Assembly: GCA_964016885.1 (NCBI GenBank)
Contig: OZ024743.1
Coordinates: forward strand, 333,808,001-333,872,000
Length of the DNA: 64,000 nucleotides
Direction of reading: 5' to 3'
Source: Eledone cirrhosa
Taxonomy: Eukaryota
Below, one piece after another: positions 36,516-50,456 of the stretch. Position 1 is the stretch's first letter. Each line of letters opens with the position of its first letter. A program made the position numbers and the translations under genes. Below the pieces are notes generated by a model. That model was not told where the DNA came from and searched no databases. It saw only the letters and a list, made by a program, of their open reading frames with translations.

Positions 36516-39500
36516 ATGGCCAATATAAGAGTTGGATGTGTGAACGTACGCGGCCTGGGGATGCCCTGGAAACAGGGCAAACTCTTAAACGACCTCAGGT
36601 CGCACAGTATGGATGTGGTAGCCATTTGCGAGTCCAGGATCCACGGCGAGCGACAGATGGCCCCCATCTTCGATGACTTTGAGCTCTACGCATCTCTCTG
36701 TCAACCGGGGGGAGGGGGCGGAGTTGCCGTTTTGCTGCGGAAACACCTGGGCCTCGTAACACAGACAGTACATCTGGACCCGGAGGGTCGACTGGTGGTC
36801 CTAGACGTTGACGGTAGTGAAGGTGGAGCCTTCAGGCTGGTGGCCGCATATGCCCCATCCGGGACACCGCGGCCAGACTTCTTCAAACGTCTAGAGACTT
36901 TTCTGGGAACGTCCCGCTCCTTAATTTTAGTGGGGGACTGGAATGGAATCCTAGATGCACGTTGGGACTATGTGGGAGCATGTCCCGATAAAGGGGGGGG
37001 TGTAACAGCCTCAAACAGTTAATCGACCGATTTGACCTGGCCGATAGATATCGACTAGATTTTCCGACTGCGCCAATGTGGACGTGGAGTAATCGTAGCG
37101 GAACATCTAGATCGTACCTAGATAGGGTTCTAGTTAGAAATAAGGATAGGGACATGTTAAGCTGTCCACAAATGTTCATGGTTGCCTATTCAGATCACAA
37201 ACTAGTGACCTGCATGGCCAACCTTGATAGAACCCATAGACAAGGACCCGGCTACTGGAAGCTGAACTTGTCGTTACCGACAAGCAAAGCCTACAGTAGA
37301 CGGATTAGCACTTTAGTTAAACAGCACTTGACAGGGGCCATTGTCAACAACAGATGGTGGTACTCTCTCAAGAGGGCAGTTAGATTAGACTCGATAGTTT
37401 TTAGTAAAGAATTAGCGTTAGATAGAAATAGAACCGAGAAGGAACTGGTAGATAAAGTAGAAGAGGCAATTAGAAGTGGCAACGTAGCCAGCGTGCTAGC
37501 AACGAGAACGGCCTTGGACCAGTTCTTCGACGCAAAGCACGAGGGCTGCGTTGTCAGAAGCAAAATACGTGCTCTGGGAAACGAGGGAGCCAAAGCTGTT
37601 AGCTGGGCCCGAGTGACGGAAGCAAAAAGTGGTAACAAGTCCACGATTCGGTCTATGAGGGACCAAAACGGACGCGTGATACGTGAGTCGAAGCAGATGT
37701 GTGCGGCTTTTCAGCGGCACTTTGCTCGGCTGTTCGGGGGGGGGGGGGGGGGGAGCGGTGCGCCGGGAGAGGCTATGGATTTCGGTCCATACCTCGACGG
37801 CCTACCGCGACTCTCGGACAGCGAGGCAAAGTTCTGCGAAAAGCCGATTTCAGCCACTGAGATAGGGGACGTGCTGAGCCAATGCGGCAAACGCAAATCT
37901 CCAGGTCTCGACGGTCTACCCTACGAATTTTACGTAGCAATGCCGGACTTATTCTCCGGTCTCCTGGAAGCGGTCTACTGCAACTGGCAACAGAACGGGA
38001 GAATTCCCAGTTCTGTAACCGGGGGCGTGGTCACACTAACCAGGAAGGACGAGAATAAGGGGGATGACACAGGCAACTTCCGGCCCATAACTCTGCTAAA
38101 CACAGAGTTACAGATTTTGGCCAAGGTGTTGGCAAAGAGGCTGGCGCTTGTCGTCGAGAACCTGGTGGGAGAAGCGCAGACATGCGCAATCCCGACCAGG
38201 TCCATACACGACAACCTCCACCTCATGCGATACATCATAGAGAGGGTAGGGTGTAAACTCGGCTTCGGTGGGGCCCTGATCAACTTGGATCAGTCTAAGG
38301 CTTTCGATAGGGTTGACCATCGTTACCTGGATGCGGTGCTCGAGGCGGCAGGCTTCGGACCCGTGTTCAGGGGCTGGATTGCTGCAATGCACAACAGCAA
38401 CATCTGCTCAAGGGTCAAGGTGAACGGCTACCTCTCGGAGCCGTTCCATATTACGCGATCCATTCGACAGGGATGCCCTCTCTCCTCCCTTCTGTACGTA
38501 CTGACTCTCGAGCCACTACTGCGGAAGCTGGAGCTATTGCAGGGCATCCCTCTGGAACCGGGACTGCGGAAAGCGGCGTCGGCCTACGCCGACGACGTGA
38601 CAGTAATGGTGTCGAGCGCCTCGCAAATCGAGGAAGTCGGCACCTTACTAAAGGAATACGAAAGTCTCACAGGAGCGAAGCTGAACCGGGACAAGTCCAT
38701 CGGTTTGCCACTCGGATCGTGGAGAAGCAGACCGATGCCTTCCGATGGCGTCGTCGGACGCTGGACGGAAGGACCGGCAAAGCTGCTCGGGGTCTGGTTT
38801 GGTCCGGACCTCCAGGTGGAGAAGAACTGGAACGAAGTGACGGCCAAGGTGTTTGCACTCACCCAGAAGTGGGCCGAGTGCAAACTATCCTTGAAAGGTC
38901 GAGCGGAGGTGGCGAACACTTTTATAGCATCCGCCATCTACTACCGCTTGACCGTCGTGCCTTGTCCAGCCAAAACGCTCGCCAAAATGGAGCACGCGCT
39001 CTTCCGATTCCTTTGGAAGAGGCGGGCTCCTTTGGTGAGAAGATCCATCTGCTGCCAACACCCTTCTAATGGAGGGCTGGGGATGTCGTGGTTGACGATG
39101 CGCAAACACGCGCTCAGGCTGCGGCATCTCTACGTATTCCTCACCGGACAACCGGTGTGGGCCCCGTTCGTGAGGCGAGCCTTTCCACGACTCGTCTCGC
39201 TGACCGAGCTGCAGTCCTGGGTCAAGCAAAGACCGAGGAAAATGGGCGACTGGCACATCGAATGTGCTCAGGCGCTCACAGCCCTCTGGCAGGCGGACCC
39301 GGCGATCAGTGGAGACTCCACTTCGTCATTCTATAGAGGGTTAGTCCGCAGCAAGTGCGACGACGCGCTCGGTGAAACTCTAGGCGTAGAGGAAGATGAA
39401 CTGGCCAGTCTGTTCGGTAGGACCTTCCGCCCGGGACCGATGGACAACTTCCAAAAGTCCCTGGCCTGGCAGTGCTACCGAGGAGCTCTACCAGTTCGAG

Positions 39501-39967
39501 ACAAACTCTACAGACATGGGCGCCCGGGCAGGGACCCTGCAAAAAAGATCTGTCCGAGGTGCGTGCGAGACGAAGAAACCGTCGCGCACGCATTCATACC
39601 CTGCCCGGGCGTCACTGACCTGTGGGGCTATGTAGAACGACTATTGTCGCGGGTGGGACCAATCCAGTTGACCACCGAGTCCATTGTCATGATCAAACCG
39701 CCACCCTCCTTCAAAAACGAAGGAGAGGCGGTTTTCCTTTGTGTGATAGCTAGTGCGAAGGAGGTTGTATGGTGGACAAGGTTGAAAGGGTTGAGGTCAG
39801 ACACCTTTCTCTCCGGCCAACAACTGATTCTTTTTTTCAAATACCACTTTGGAAGAAGAATCAGGATGGAGAGAGAGGTGCTGTACCCCAGCAAGTTTTA
39901 TGAAAGGTGGGTGAAAGTGGCGAGAATGGCCCGAGTGAATGGGCCTTCTCTCTATATCAGCCTGTAG
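36516..39967 (+). pseudogene. ORF2 of copy D, one frameshift in a G-run near 36995
   Basis: ORFs 36516-37022 and 37076-39967 together carry all APE and RT motifs. Confidence 0.88.
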
Positions 39968-40224
39968 GTTGAGGAAAAGGAGGAGGAGAGGAAAGGAGTA
40001 CAAGCTCTTCGTACTCCTGGAGATGAGGGTTGCACATTTTTTTTCGGGGGTATGTGTTACCCATATAAACTGTCTCCCTCTATTGGGGAAAATCGACTAA
40101 CTTTTAAATTCCATCTGTGATAACATTTTACACGTTTTTATTGTATGTAAACTTCCCCCTTTGTATTTGTCCCCTTCTTTTGTGCCCCTGTGGCTAATAA
40201 AGAAATCTATCTCTATATATATAT

Positions 40225-40730
40225 AGATGAGATTCTACAGGACTAGAACTGTTTCATTCTTTAGAAATCATCAGGAATCTGGGTATCAAAAAATAAATAT
40301 GGTATTTATAGGCCTCTTCAGGTGGTAGGAGAGGGTAGGGAGTGGGATGGGTAGAGGTCATTGGTTGATAGAAAAGGGAATTCATTAAAAGCTAATTCTT
40401 TAAAGCTATAGTTTATATTTAGAGTAACAAAGGCAGAAAGAATTCTATAAACAAGTTCAGAATGGGGTGCCACTCCTTATTTTTAAGTTTCTCTTAAGCT
40501 AACAATGCCTATATTTCAGGTGTCTATAAGATCATTGGGGGTCAGTCATGGTTGATGGATTTAAACAAAGGGAAATTCTTTAAAAGCTAATTCTTTAAGG
40601 TTCTACTTAGAGTGACAAAGGCCTAGAGAATTCTATAGACCAGTTCAAAATATTGAGTACATATCAAACAATTATCTTCAAATTTCTCTTAAACTATATT
40701 CCAAAAGTCAACAGACACATTCACAGACAC
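40225..40730 (-). mobile_element. Penelope-like terminal-repeat fragment; inverted partner of 45205-45715
   Basis: High identity to the reverse complement of 45205-45715; contains a hammerhead motif. Confidence 0.7.
40230..40280 (-). ncRNA. Type I hammerhead ribozyme with a full stem III
   Basis: Reverse complement: agattc-CTGATGA-tttc(taaa)gaat-GAAA-cag(ttctagtc)ctg-TA-gaatct; GUA triplet. Confidence 0.75.
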
Positions 40731-41763
40731 ACTCACACACTCGCGCGCACCCACATACACCCACACATACATATATATACATATATATATATATATATGT
40801 TTATTTCCAGGTACCTTATGAATTTGACTTTCCGTATTTATTATTGTTGTGAAATATTGTGGCTTTTTTTGGTTGTAACTTCTCTGTTTTTTAGCCTAGG
40901 AAAATATATATATATGCCTACGTATATAATTACATGCATATATGTATTTATTTTCTTTTATTAATTGAGTTCTTTACACGAGGAATTAATATTGGTTTTG
41001 AAATAACTAATTAATCCGCGTGTGTTTTATATTTACTCTTAATAATTCGGCCGGAGAATTATATTCCCATTTGCCCTTTATAGCATAACTTTCTGCATTT
41101 ACTGCGGTTATGAGAAGCGGTTCTTATTCGGGTACAACTTCTGATTTAGCCTAAGAAAATATCTATATGCGTGTGTAATTTATACAAGCATATATTTATT
41201 TTTTTATTTTCAATTGAGTTCTTAAACACGTTGGATTGATAATGTTTTCAAAAAAACTAATTAACCCGCGTGTATATTATTTTTTTTCCTCATTTCGTGG
41301 GTTGTCTCCCCTTACCGCTTCGTGTCGCTATGATACTTCCTCAGTCAAAAACTGCTGGAATTTCAAATTTGGAGGTCATTCGAGGTGAGAGAGACCAACT
41401 TTACGGACATGATTTTGATAGCGGTAAGAAATTGTTTTCTTATATCAATGTTTAATGGGCTTCCACTGATGATTTATAAGTGCCCACCTAAATATATTCT
41501 TACATGAATATATATTAGGCTTCTACATAAACTGGAAACATTCTCCCAAACTTGTAGAAAACTTATAATGAAACAATTGTTTGGAAAGAGAGATATACTT
41601 TAACTTTAATTCTCATAAAATAATACAACTGGTTTTTCCACATTATACATATTGTTAGCCCCCCAAACACTTAAATTGGGTCTATATTTTAATATAACCT
41701 AATGTTTGTTGAGTGAGATGGTTACCAGTCAGAGTTTAGCTTTAAACTATCTCTGTTATTGTA

Positions 41764-41834
<71 letters not shown>

Positions 41835-41857
41835 TGCATACACACATACATATACAT

Positions 41858-41888
<31 letters not shown>

Positions 41889-41891
41889 CAT

Positions 41892-41977
<86 letters not shown>

Positions 41978-42496
41978 ACCTTAATACTAGAACTAAATAA
42001 ATAAATAAATAAATAAATATATCATTGATACGTCATTCAACTGGTGCCCAACTACCTATTTTCTTTCTCTCTATCTCTATCTATATCTATCTCTCTCTAT
42101 TTTTTCTCTCTCTCTCTTTGTCTCTCTCTCTCTATCTATCTCCCTCTGTGTTTTTTCTCTCTCTATCTATCTCTCTCTGTTTCTTTACATGAATTTCTTC
42201 TCTCTATCTATCTCTCTATATTTATCTCTCTCTATTTAGTTGCATGCATTTCTTCTTTTTCTTCGCTTTTTTTCTTTCTTTCTTTTTATAACTGTCCCTA
42301 ACATTTTTTCACTACCAAATCAACTTTTTAAATGGAAGTTGAAGTCGTAAGGTATGTCAAATCTATCTATTTATAAGACTGTTTATATTGTATTTTGTCT
42401 GAAGAAGGCATACCATATTTTTAATATGATATCCCTGAAATATATATAATGAAATAAATATGGTTTTATAAATATAGTTTCCATTTATTTAATATC

Positions 42497-42579
<83 letters not shown>

Positions 42580-42904
42580 TACATACACACATACATATAC
42601 ATATATATATACATACATACACACACATATATATATATATATATATATCCATATATCTATATACATACATTTACACATATACACACATACACATACATAT
42701 ATATACATATATACATACATATACACAAACATATATATACAATCATATATACATATACACACACACATACACACATACATAAATATATAAATATACATAT
42801 ATATTTATCGGCTATGGTAGAGGGTGCAAGATAGCGGTCGCCCTCGGGTCCTCGATTTTCAGCCCCATGGATTTTATCTATTACATTCACGTATTATATT
42901 TCGA

Positions 42905-42962
42905 ATACCTGATGATATCACCGGATTCATACGGAACCCGGTCATTGAAATGATTATAGTAT
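42905..42962 (+). ncRNA. Type I hammerhead motif
   Basis: atac-CTGATGA-tatcaccgg...ccggtcatt-GAAA-tgatta-TA-gtat. Confidence 0.55.
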
Positions 42963-43021
42963 AATAAACCTTTCAAGGATTTACACAAATACAGCCTCCC
43001 GTCATTTCATTATAAATATAC

Positions 43022-43052
<31 letters not shown>

Positions 43053-43071
43053 TATACATATATATACTTAC

Positions 43072-43140
<69 letters not shown>

Positions 43141-43159
43141 AAAGTTCTATTTAACTTGT

Positions 43160-43283
43160 TTAATTAGGAATAAGTAAAAATTAGTAATAGTATTGGTTAG
43201 TATTCAGTTTTGGTTTTAAGTATTACCGGTTGCGCATTTCTAATGCTTTTCAAAAATAATTTTGATATAGAGCGCCCGTGATG
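43160..43283. repeat. Dispersed repeat with an inverted copy at about 45831-45958
   Basis: attaggaataagtaaaaattagtaat...gagcgcccgtgat matches the reverse complement at 45831-45958. Confidence 0.75.
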
Positions 43284-43640
43284 TTTGCTCTAATCTGATT
43301 AGTTTTGGAATTTCTACATGTTTTATGTGAAAAAAGTGTCCCCAGATGTATTAAAATAAGTTTCGCGCCAATTCGTGTTGCAAAAATTCTTGTGGTCAAA
43401 ACAATTTTGATTGATCGGTAGAGGTCATGTGAATGTTAAAAATTGATTTTGCGCGAAATGTAGGTTTGTGTCGGCTGATTGAGAAGTCACTGAAAAATAA
43501 GTCTTTCAAAACAAATATGTGTGTGTGTGTGTGTGTGTGTGTAGTAGTAGTAGTAAATAGGTTCGTTGTTGTGATAATGGTCAGCAGGGATGTGTGTGCG
43601 AACCGCAGCCTGTTGACAGTTCAAATGCCTATTAAGACAA

Positions 43641-43685
<45 letters not shown>

Positions 43686-43791
43686 AGAGTAATTCGTGGT
43701 AGAGGGATGGTCAGTAGAAATGTGTCTGTACGTGTGTGGGGGATATTTTAACATGTTAAAAGATATTTTTCAGCTCTTGTCTTATACGGAG

Positions 43792-43864
<73 letters not shown>

Positions 43865-43920
43865 TTTGTATGTTAATGTACGCGTGTGTATGTGTGTGTG
43901 TATATATGCGTGTATGTGTG

Positions 43921-43976
<56 letters not shown>

Positions 43977-44700
43977 TGTGTGTGTGAGAATGTGTGTGTG
44001 TGTGTGTGGGTGGACCAGTATTTTTGTGATACTGGTAAAAATGGTGTACATTATTCGATATTTTCAGTAAAAACGATTCTCTCAATAGAACATCAAAAAC
44101 CTTAATAATAAAAGGTGTGAAATGATATATACTATTGGCATAAGACCAAGGTGTGTGTGAGTGTCCAGATTGTACGTACTGCAAGGGGAATCCATTAGGC
44201 CTTGCCGTATTGGAATACTTGTGTACAAATATGTATGTGCCCATCAGTGTGCAATGCATGTGTGCGTATATGTATGTGTGTGTGTCGGCACGTTTATATC
44301 TATAGACATCAAAAGGTATGCAAATTTGTGTATATTTGTGTTGCACCATAGAACATGTGTGTTTACGTATGTCATTGTGTTTATATGTGGATAGAGATGT
44401 ATGCTGATGTAGGTATGTGTGTTGACGTGTGTATGTTGTGGGTTCGTCTTAGGGAGAAGTGTTTAGACGGGGTCCGTAGTGTCTAAACACTTCTCACACA
44501 TACACACACACATACATATATATACATACATACACACATACATTTTAATAATACATACACACATACATACATATACACACATATATATACATATATACAC
44601 ATATACACACATACACACGTATGCATATATACATATATATACGCACATACATACATACATACATACATATATACATATATACATATATACATATATACAT

Positions 44701-44763
<63 letters not shown>

Positions 44764-44770
44764 CACATAT

Positions 44771-44813
<43 letters not shown>

Positions 44814-44845
44814 TATACACACACATATATACACATATATACATA

Positions 44846-44911
<66 letters not shown>

Positions 44912-44947
44912 CATACACACAATATATATATATATACACATATATAT

Positions 44948-45792
44948 GTAGGAGGTGAGTTTTATTGTAGTACAATAAAGCAATGCAGATATCGGATAAG
45001 AAGCACTCTACAGTTTGTAGGACTGGAGTATACATAATATATAAGAACAAAAGATGGTTAAAAGAGTTACATGTATTTTATTATGCGCATTTCAAAAACA
45101 AATATCATCATGCAATAACATTTGTGTTTTCATCAGATAAAATAGGAAGACATGATATGAAGGTTAAAAAACACTTGTGGATAGTGCAGTTTTAAATCAA
45201 CATATGTTAGTGTGTCTGTGAATGTGTCTGTTGACTTTTGGAATATAGTTTAAGAGAAATTTGAAGATAATAGTATGATATGTACTCAATATTTTGAACT
45301 GGTCTATAGAATTCCCTAGGCCTTTGTCACTAAGTAGAACCTTAAAGAATTAGCTTTTAAAGAATTTCCCTTTGTTTAAATCCATCAACCATGACTGACC
45401 CCCAATGATCTTATAGACACCTAAAATATAGGCATTGTTAGCTTAAGAGAAACCTAAAAATAAGGAGTCGCACCCCATTCTGAACTTGTTTATAGAATTC
45501 TTTCTGCCTTTGTTACTTTAAATATAAACTATAGCTTTGAAGAATTAGCTTTTAATGAATTCCCTTTTCTATCAACCAATGACCTCTACCCATCTCACTC
45601 CCTACCCTCTCCTACCACTGAAAGAAACCTATAAATACCATATTTATTTTTTGATACCCAGATTTCTGATGATTTCTAAAGAATGAAACAGTTCTAGTCC
45701 TGTAGAATCTCATCTATATTAAAACTTTTATACTCTGCAATGTATTGAGTAACTTACTTACTGTGGTTACCTCCGATTCAACCCGGAATAAC

Positions 45793-45795
<3 letters not shown>
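44948..45795 (+). mobile_element. Penelope-like 3' fragment (degenerate GIY-YIG tail plus hammerhead-bearing terminal repeat)
   Basis: [16 protein letters not shown] resembles the YIG-T..R.R motif; hammerhead at 45660; copies at 16378, 40225 and 54828. Confidence 0.6.
45660..45710 (+). ncRNA. Type I hammerhead ribozyme with a full stem III
   Basis: agattt-CTGATGA-tttc(taaa)gaat-GAAA-cag(ttctagtc)ctg-TA-gaatct. Confidence 0.75.
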
Positions 45796-45832
<37 letters not shown>

Positions 45833-46004
45833 CACGAGGCGCTCTATCTCAAAATTATTTTTGAAAAGCATTAGAAATGCGCAACCGGTAAAAACTTAAA
45901 ACCAAAACTGAATACTAAACCAATACTTATTACTAATTTTTACTTATTCCTAATTAAACTATTTTTCACTGGGAACAATTTGTCAGCATTTTCTTTTCCT
46001 TTTA

Positions 46005-46067
<63 letters not shown>

Positions 46068-46155
46068 ATAATAATAAATTTGAAGACTAAAATCAAAAGA
46101 GGGCTCGATAAGGATAAATATATATCAAATATATAAGAACCGTAGAGCAAATATT

Positions 46156-46624
46156 TATTAAAATAACAGATTAAAGTTTAAGCAAAGAATCGCTGCTTTC
46201 ACCCTTAACGGGATCTTCTGAAACTAACAAAATCAATCTGTAAACGCAGAACTGGATATTTCAAAAAACGTTGCAACCGGAGGAAGACAGGAAGACGATA
46301 CTTTGGTTTGTGGAAACGTCTCTATGAACCACCTAAGAGAACATTAGTCTACGACCTCTTTTATACCATAAACGTGGTTCTGTCTTTGCGCGTAATTGTT
46401 TTTCACCGCTCCTAATAACGACGTATTATATTCGTTTTTTCCCGTTCTTAGCCAGCGAACGTTTCCACGAACCAAAGTATCGTCTTCCTGTCTTCCTCCG
46501 GTTGCAACGTTTTTTGAAATATCCAGTTCTGCGTTTACAGATTGACTTTGTTAGTTTCAGAAGATCCCGTTAAGGGTGAAAGGAGCGATTCTTTGCTTAA
46601 ACTTTAATCTGTTATTTTAATAAA
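46156..46624. repeat. Inverted repeat with about 165-bp arms and a 140-bp spacer
   Basis: 46156-46320 mirrors 46458-46624; arms hold a degenerate hammerhead core (CAGAAGA-tccc..gggt-GAAA). Confidence 0.82.
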
Positions 46625-46679
46625 TATATATATATATATATAGAGAGAGAGATAGAGAGAGAGAGATAAAAGAAGAATC

Positions 46680-46833
46680 AACTCCAGTAATTGACTGGTA
46701 CTTTTTTTATCGACTGCGAATGGATGAAGGGCAAAGTTGACCTCGGGGGGATTCGACCTCAGAGAACAGAGAGCTGGAACGAATACCACAAAGCATTGTA
46801 CCTGATGTTCTAACGGCTCTGCCAATTCACCGT
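46680..46833 (-). mobile_element. tRNA-derived SINE with Nin/Deu-like domain
   Basis: Reverse complement contains tcgaatccccccgaggtcaactttgcccttcatccattcgcagtcgataaaaaaagtaccagt; same family as 50523. Confidence 0.75.
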
Positions 46834-48213
46834 CTATTAATAAATAGTTTACTGCATCTCTTTGTGTGATATTTGCTTCTTCTCTGTCATGGCTAGTCTC
46901 TTTGTACTCAATAAGAATATTATCAGCTGGCCATTATCCGCGGAAAGGCCTTTGCAGTTTTGTACACGAGGCGTAGCCAACACATCGCCCCGACCTAGGC
47001 ATAGAGCCTGTAACCCTCTCCTCTTTCCTCCTCTTTCTTAAATGTTCTTGCTTTTTCCCCCTTTTCTTCTCCTTTATGGCATTTATAATCCTTTCCATTA
47101 CTCTCTTATACAGTCAGATCTGCCCTTCTTTACCCCTTCCCCACTTTTTCATTACTTATATAATTCATTATGAAAACTTTCCAGAATATCTATAAGAATT
47201 AGAAATGATAAAAACAAAATCTTGGTTAAATTTGTGACTACGACTAAATAAGTGTGGTGGGTAGCCGATTCACTAGGCTTAATTAAACATCTTCACAAAT
47301 GCTGTAAGATTGAGTAGAGTTTTCAGAAGCTGGATCACTTCAATGTTCAACGTCATCTGTTTCGTTGCTTAAAGTAAATGAGTCTCAATTGGATCTGCCT
47401 GGAATACCACGCTGTACCCACCAAGGGAATTGATTCTAATCTAATGTTTTGGCTTTTAGGACAATCTAGAAGTGTTGAGGGGGAATACCGCTAGAATTGG
47501 TATGAAGGAAGGCCGTTTCAATATTGTAGGAAGGCATCACAAAATGGTCGGCACAATACTGAAGGAGGTAGATATGGTAACCAGGAAAGTTGGATCAAGG
47601 TGGACATTTTCTTTTTGGCTAGCATCATTGGGGTTCCTTCGAAGCTTCTTTAGATTAGCGTTACTTAATAGAATGTGTAGCTCGGAGATCATAGAGTCGC
47701 TCCAGGTAGAGCCACCATTTTTCCGAATTGGGAGATACAGATCCGATACTATAGGCATGTGATTAGAATGTCTCAGATAAGAATCGTTGGACAGATTTTA
47801 CGGGCAAAAATCAACCGGCAGGAGATCCAGGGGGTAGTGTACGACTGATTGAACATCGTACAAGGTTTGCTGGTCACTGCTTCCGTGCAAAAGATGACAT
47901 GGCTTTAGGTCTCTTGTTGTCGGAGATCTCCGTCACCAGAAAGCTCAGATGCCAGGATACCTTAGCAAGAGACACTGGTATTGACAAGGATGACCTACAA
48001 ACCCTGATGGGAAACAGAGTCTGTTGGTGTGAAGGTGTGTTTGTTGGCTCACTTGAGGGCGGTGGATAAGATAAGTAGAATTGGGTTGACGAAAACTGCC
48101 TGGAAATTTATTGAATGGATTGTACTTACAAATCAAAAGACCCATTTTTTTTCACGTACTGTAACGCGCAAAATCTTCCTGAGAATTACGATAAGTAGCA
48201 GAGATATTGTAGA

Positions 48214-48470
48214 GGCGCGTGGCCTTGTGGTAAGGGTGTTGGTCTTACGATCATAATGCTGTGGGTTCGATTCCTTGACTGTGTTGTGTGTTGTGTCCTT
48301 CATTTCACGTTGCCCTAGTATACCTAGTTGAAAATGAGTACAACCAGCAATAGCTGGAGGTTTAACCCAGCGATGGGCTACAGTCTTGTTCAGGGAGGAG
48401 TCTTGTACTTTCAGTCGCTTCACGCCATGAAACCGGGATAAGTACCGGCCTAACGAGCTTTCTGGCTTGA
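48214..48470 (+). mobile_element. tRNA-derived SINE (CORE-like family)
   Basis: ggcgcgtggccttgtggtaag (A box), gggttcgattcc (B box), gtgttgtgtcctt. Confidence 0.7.
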
Positions 48471-50079
48471 AACAGACTTTAGACTTGACAAGACTCATGT
48501 CGACCCATGCCTTGTAAGTGAAATTTGGTAGACAGAAACTATTTGGAAGCCCTTCAGACAGGCAACTGTACCTGCAATTCAAAGAGTATGTTTTGTCACA
48601 CAGTGAATCTCCTTACCTTAAGGATACACGTTAATTCCTTGAACACGCTGTTCAGTTGATCGAATAATTGGAACACTCTTACCTAAACTGACGGAGATCC
48701 ATTCCACGATTAAAGGGGTTACAAAGTTGACCATCTTGTGTTTTTTATGCATAGAGAATTCCAGAGAACATTATCCAATGTGTACTTTCCTAAAATGATA
48801 GGATGGGATTGAGTGAAATCTAGCTGCTATTTCTAGCAGGTCGAGAAACAACATTGAGGGGCCCACATTGTTCTCTTTCCTTCGTTGTAGTCTTCGTTTG
48901 CCTCAACCCCACTGCGTGACACCTTGGGCAGGTGTCATTCATCATGTTGGCCCATGCCGTGTGAATAAACCTGGGTAGAAAGAAAATGTTTGGCAGCCAT
49001 TCGGAGGGAATGTACCAGTAATTCAAAGGACCAGTTTTGGCATACATTATCTCATGCTGAATCTTCCTGAGAATTACGTTAAGGGTACTATGTCTGTGGA
49101 ATACTCAGCCATACGTCAATTCTATGAACAGGTAGAGGCATAACTAGAGAATATAGCGCCTATGGCAAGCAGTGAAATTGCGCCCCTGCCCAGCACTGAA
49201 TTTTTACCTATGGGCCTAATAATTTATATAAATGGTTTAATGATTCAGCCACCATAGTGTTTCCACCCATGACAGAGACAGATCATACATCCGAAGGAGT
49301 TTCTTTTTTCACTCTCCGACGAGGCTTATTTGATTTTAATAGAAAAATTGCAAAACTCATAGTCGAAATCGACGGGGGTCCATCCCATATTTTTTCATTA
49401 CAATTTACCCATAGATTGTAACTTCAGTTGATAGGTACTTGTGCTATGTCAAGTTTATTACAACCCACGGCGATAACTAAATTTCCTTATTATTCCAAGA
49501 TATCCTATTTTTTTCACTGGTGCCATTTTCATATTTTACATCAGCAATAATTTGATTGGCATGTCAGATTATTCTTACTTCAATATAAGCACTTACATTA
49601 TTGTTTTGTGTAATCCAGGGGTTCTAAACCTTTTATCAAGGCTCCACATTTTGGTAAATCGACAATTCTCTGCGACCTGCTTATTTATTTTGCTATAAAA
49701 GCAACAGTGCACAATTACCATTTGATGCCTATAGTCCTGATATTTGTTTGATGTAAAGTGTTGTATATCTTTATATTTGAAAGGACCTCCGTCGGTTTCG
49801 GCGATGAGTGTTGCAGTTGTTCAATCAACAGAACAGCCTAGCCTGCTCATGCAATTTGTTGTTTTCTTCGCTGTTTTCTCTTTTCTTCCCTTTTCCCTTC
49901 AATTTTCCTTCCCTTCCTCCTCCGTTTTCCCATTAAATTACCCAGTTATTGAACGCTCTGGGCGGTAGATATCTTGTCTTTAAAGCGTGGAAACATCTGA
50001 GATCCCCAGTAGACAACTGACGAGGAAAACTCCCCCCCCCCCCGTTCTTGCTTTCTTCTTATTCTCACTCCATTTTAAG

Positions 50080-50123
<44 letters not shown>

Positions 50124-50320
50124 GTGAGGTTTTTTTTACAAAATGAAAAATAACCGAGGTGTCCTACACGAGTGAAAGTATAAAGAAAAAAAGATGAAAT
50201 CGAAAATGCAACTGGAGTCTTATTTAAAAAAAAATATATATATTTATGTGGTTCCTTTACCGGTTTCGCAGTTCTTCTGCTTTTCAAAAGTAGAGTTGAG
50301 ATGGAGGGTCTGTGGTTTTT

Positions 50321-50456
<136 letters not shown>

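Larger units (their letters stand above)
34348..40205 (+). mobile_element. Tx1 copy D, full-length, head-to-tail behind copy C
   Basis: Starts TCAGTC after (ATCT)n; ORF1 34568-36482, ORF2 36516-39967; ends AATAAAGAAA-tctatc(ta)n. Confidence 0.95.

Noticed and set aside
38473-39069. Alternative-frame ORF overlapping the RT domain
   Set aside because: GC-rich codon usage gives long shadow frames; not maintained in intact copy C.
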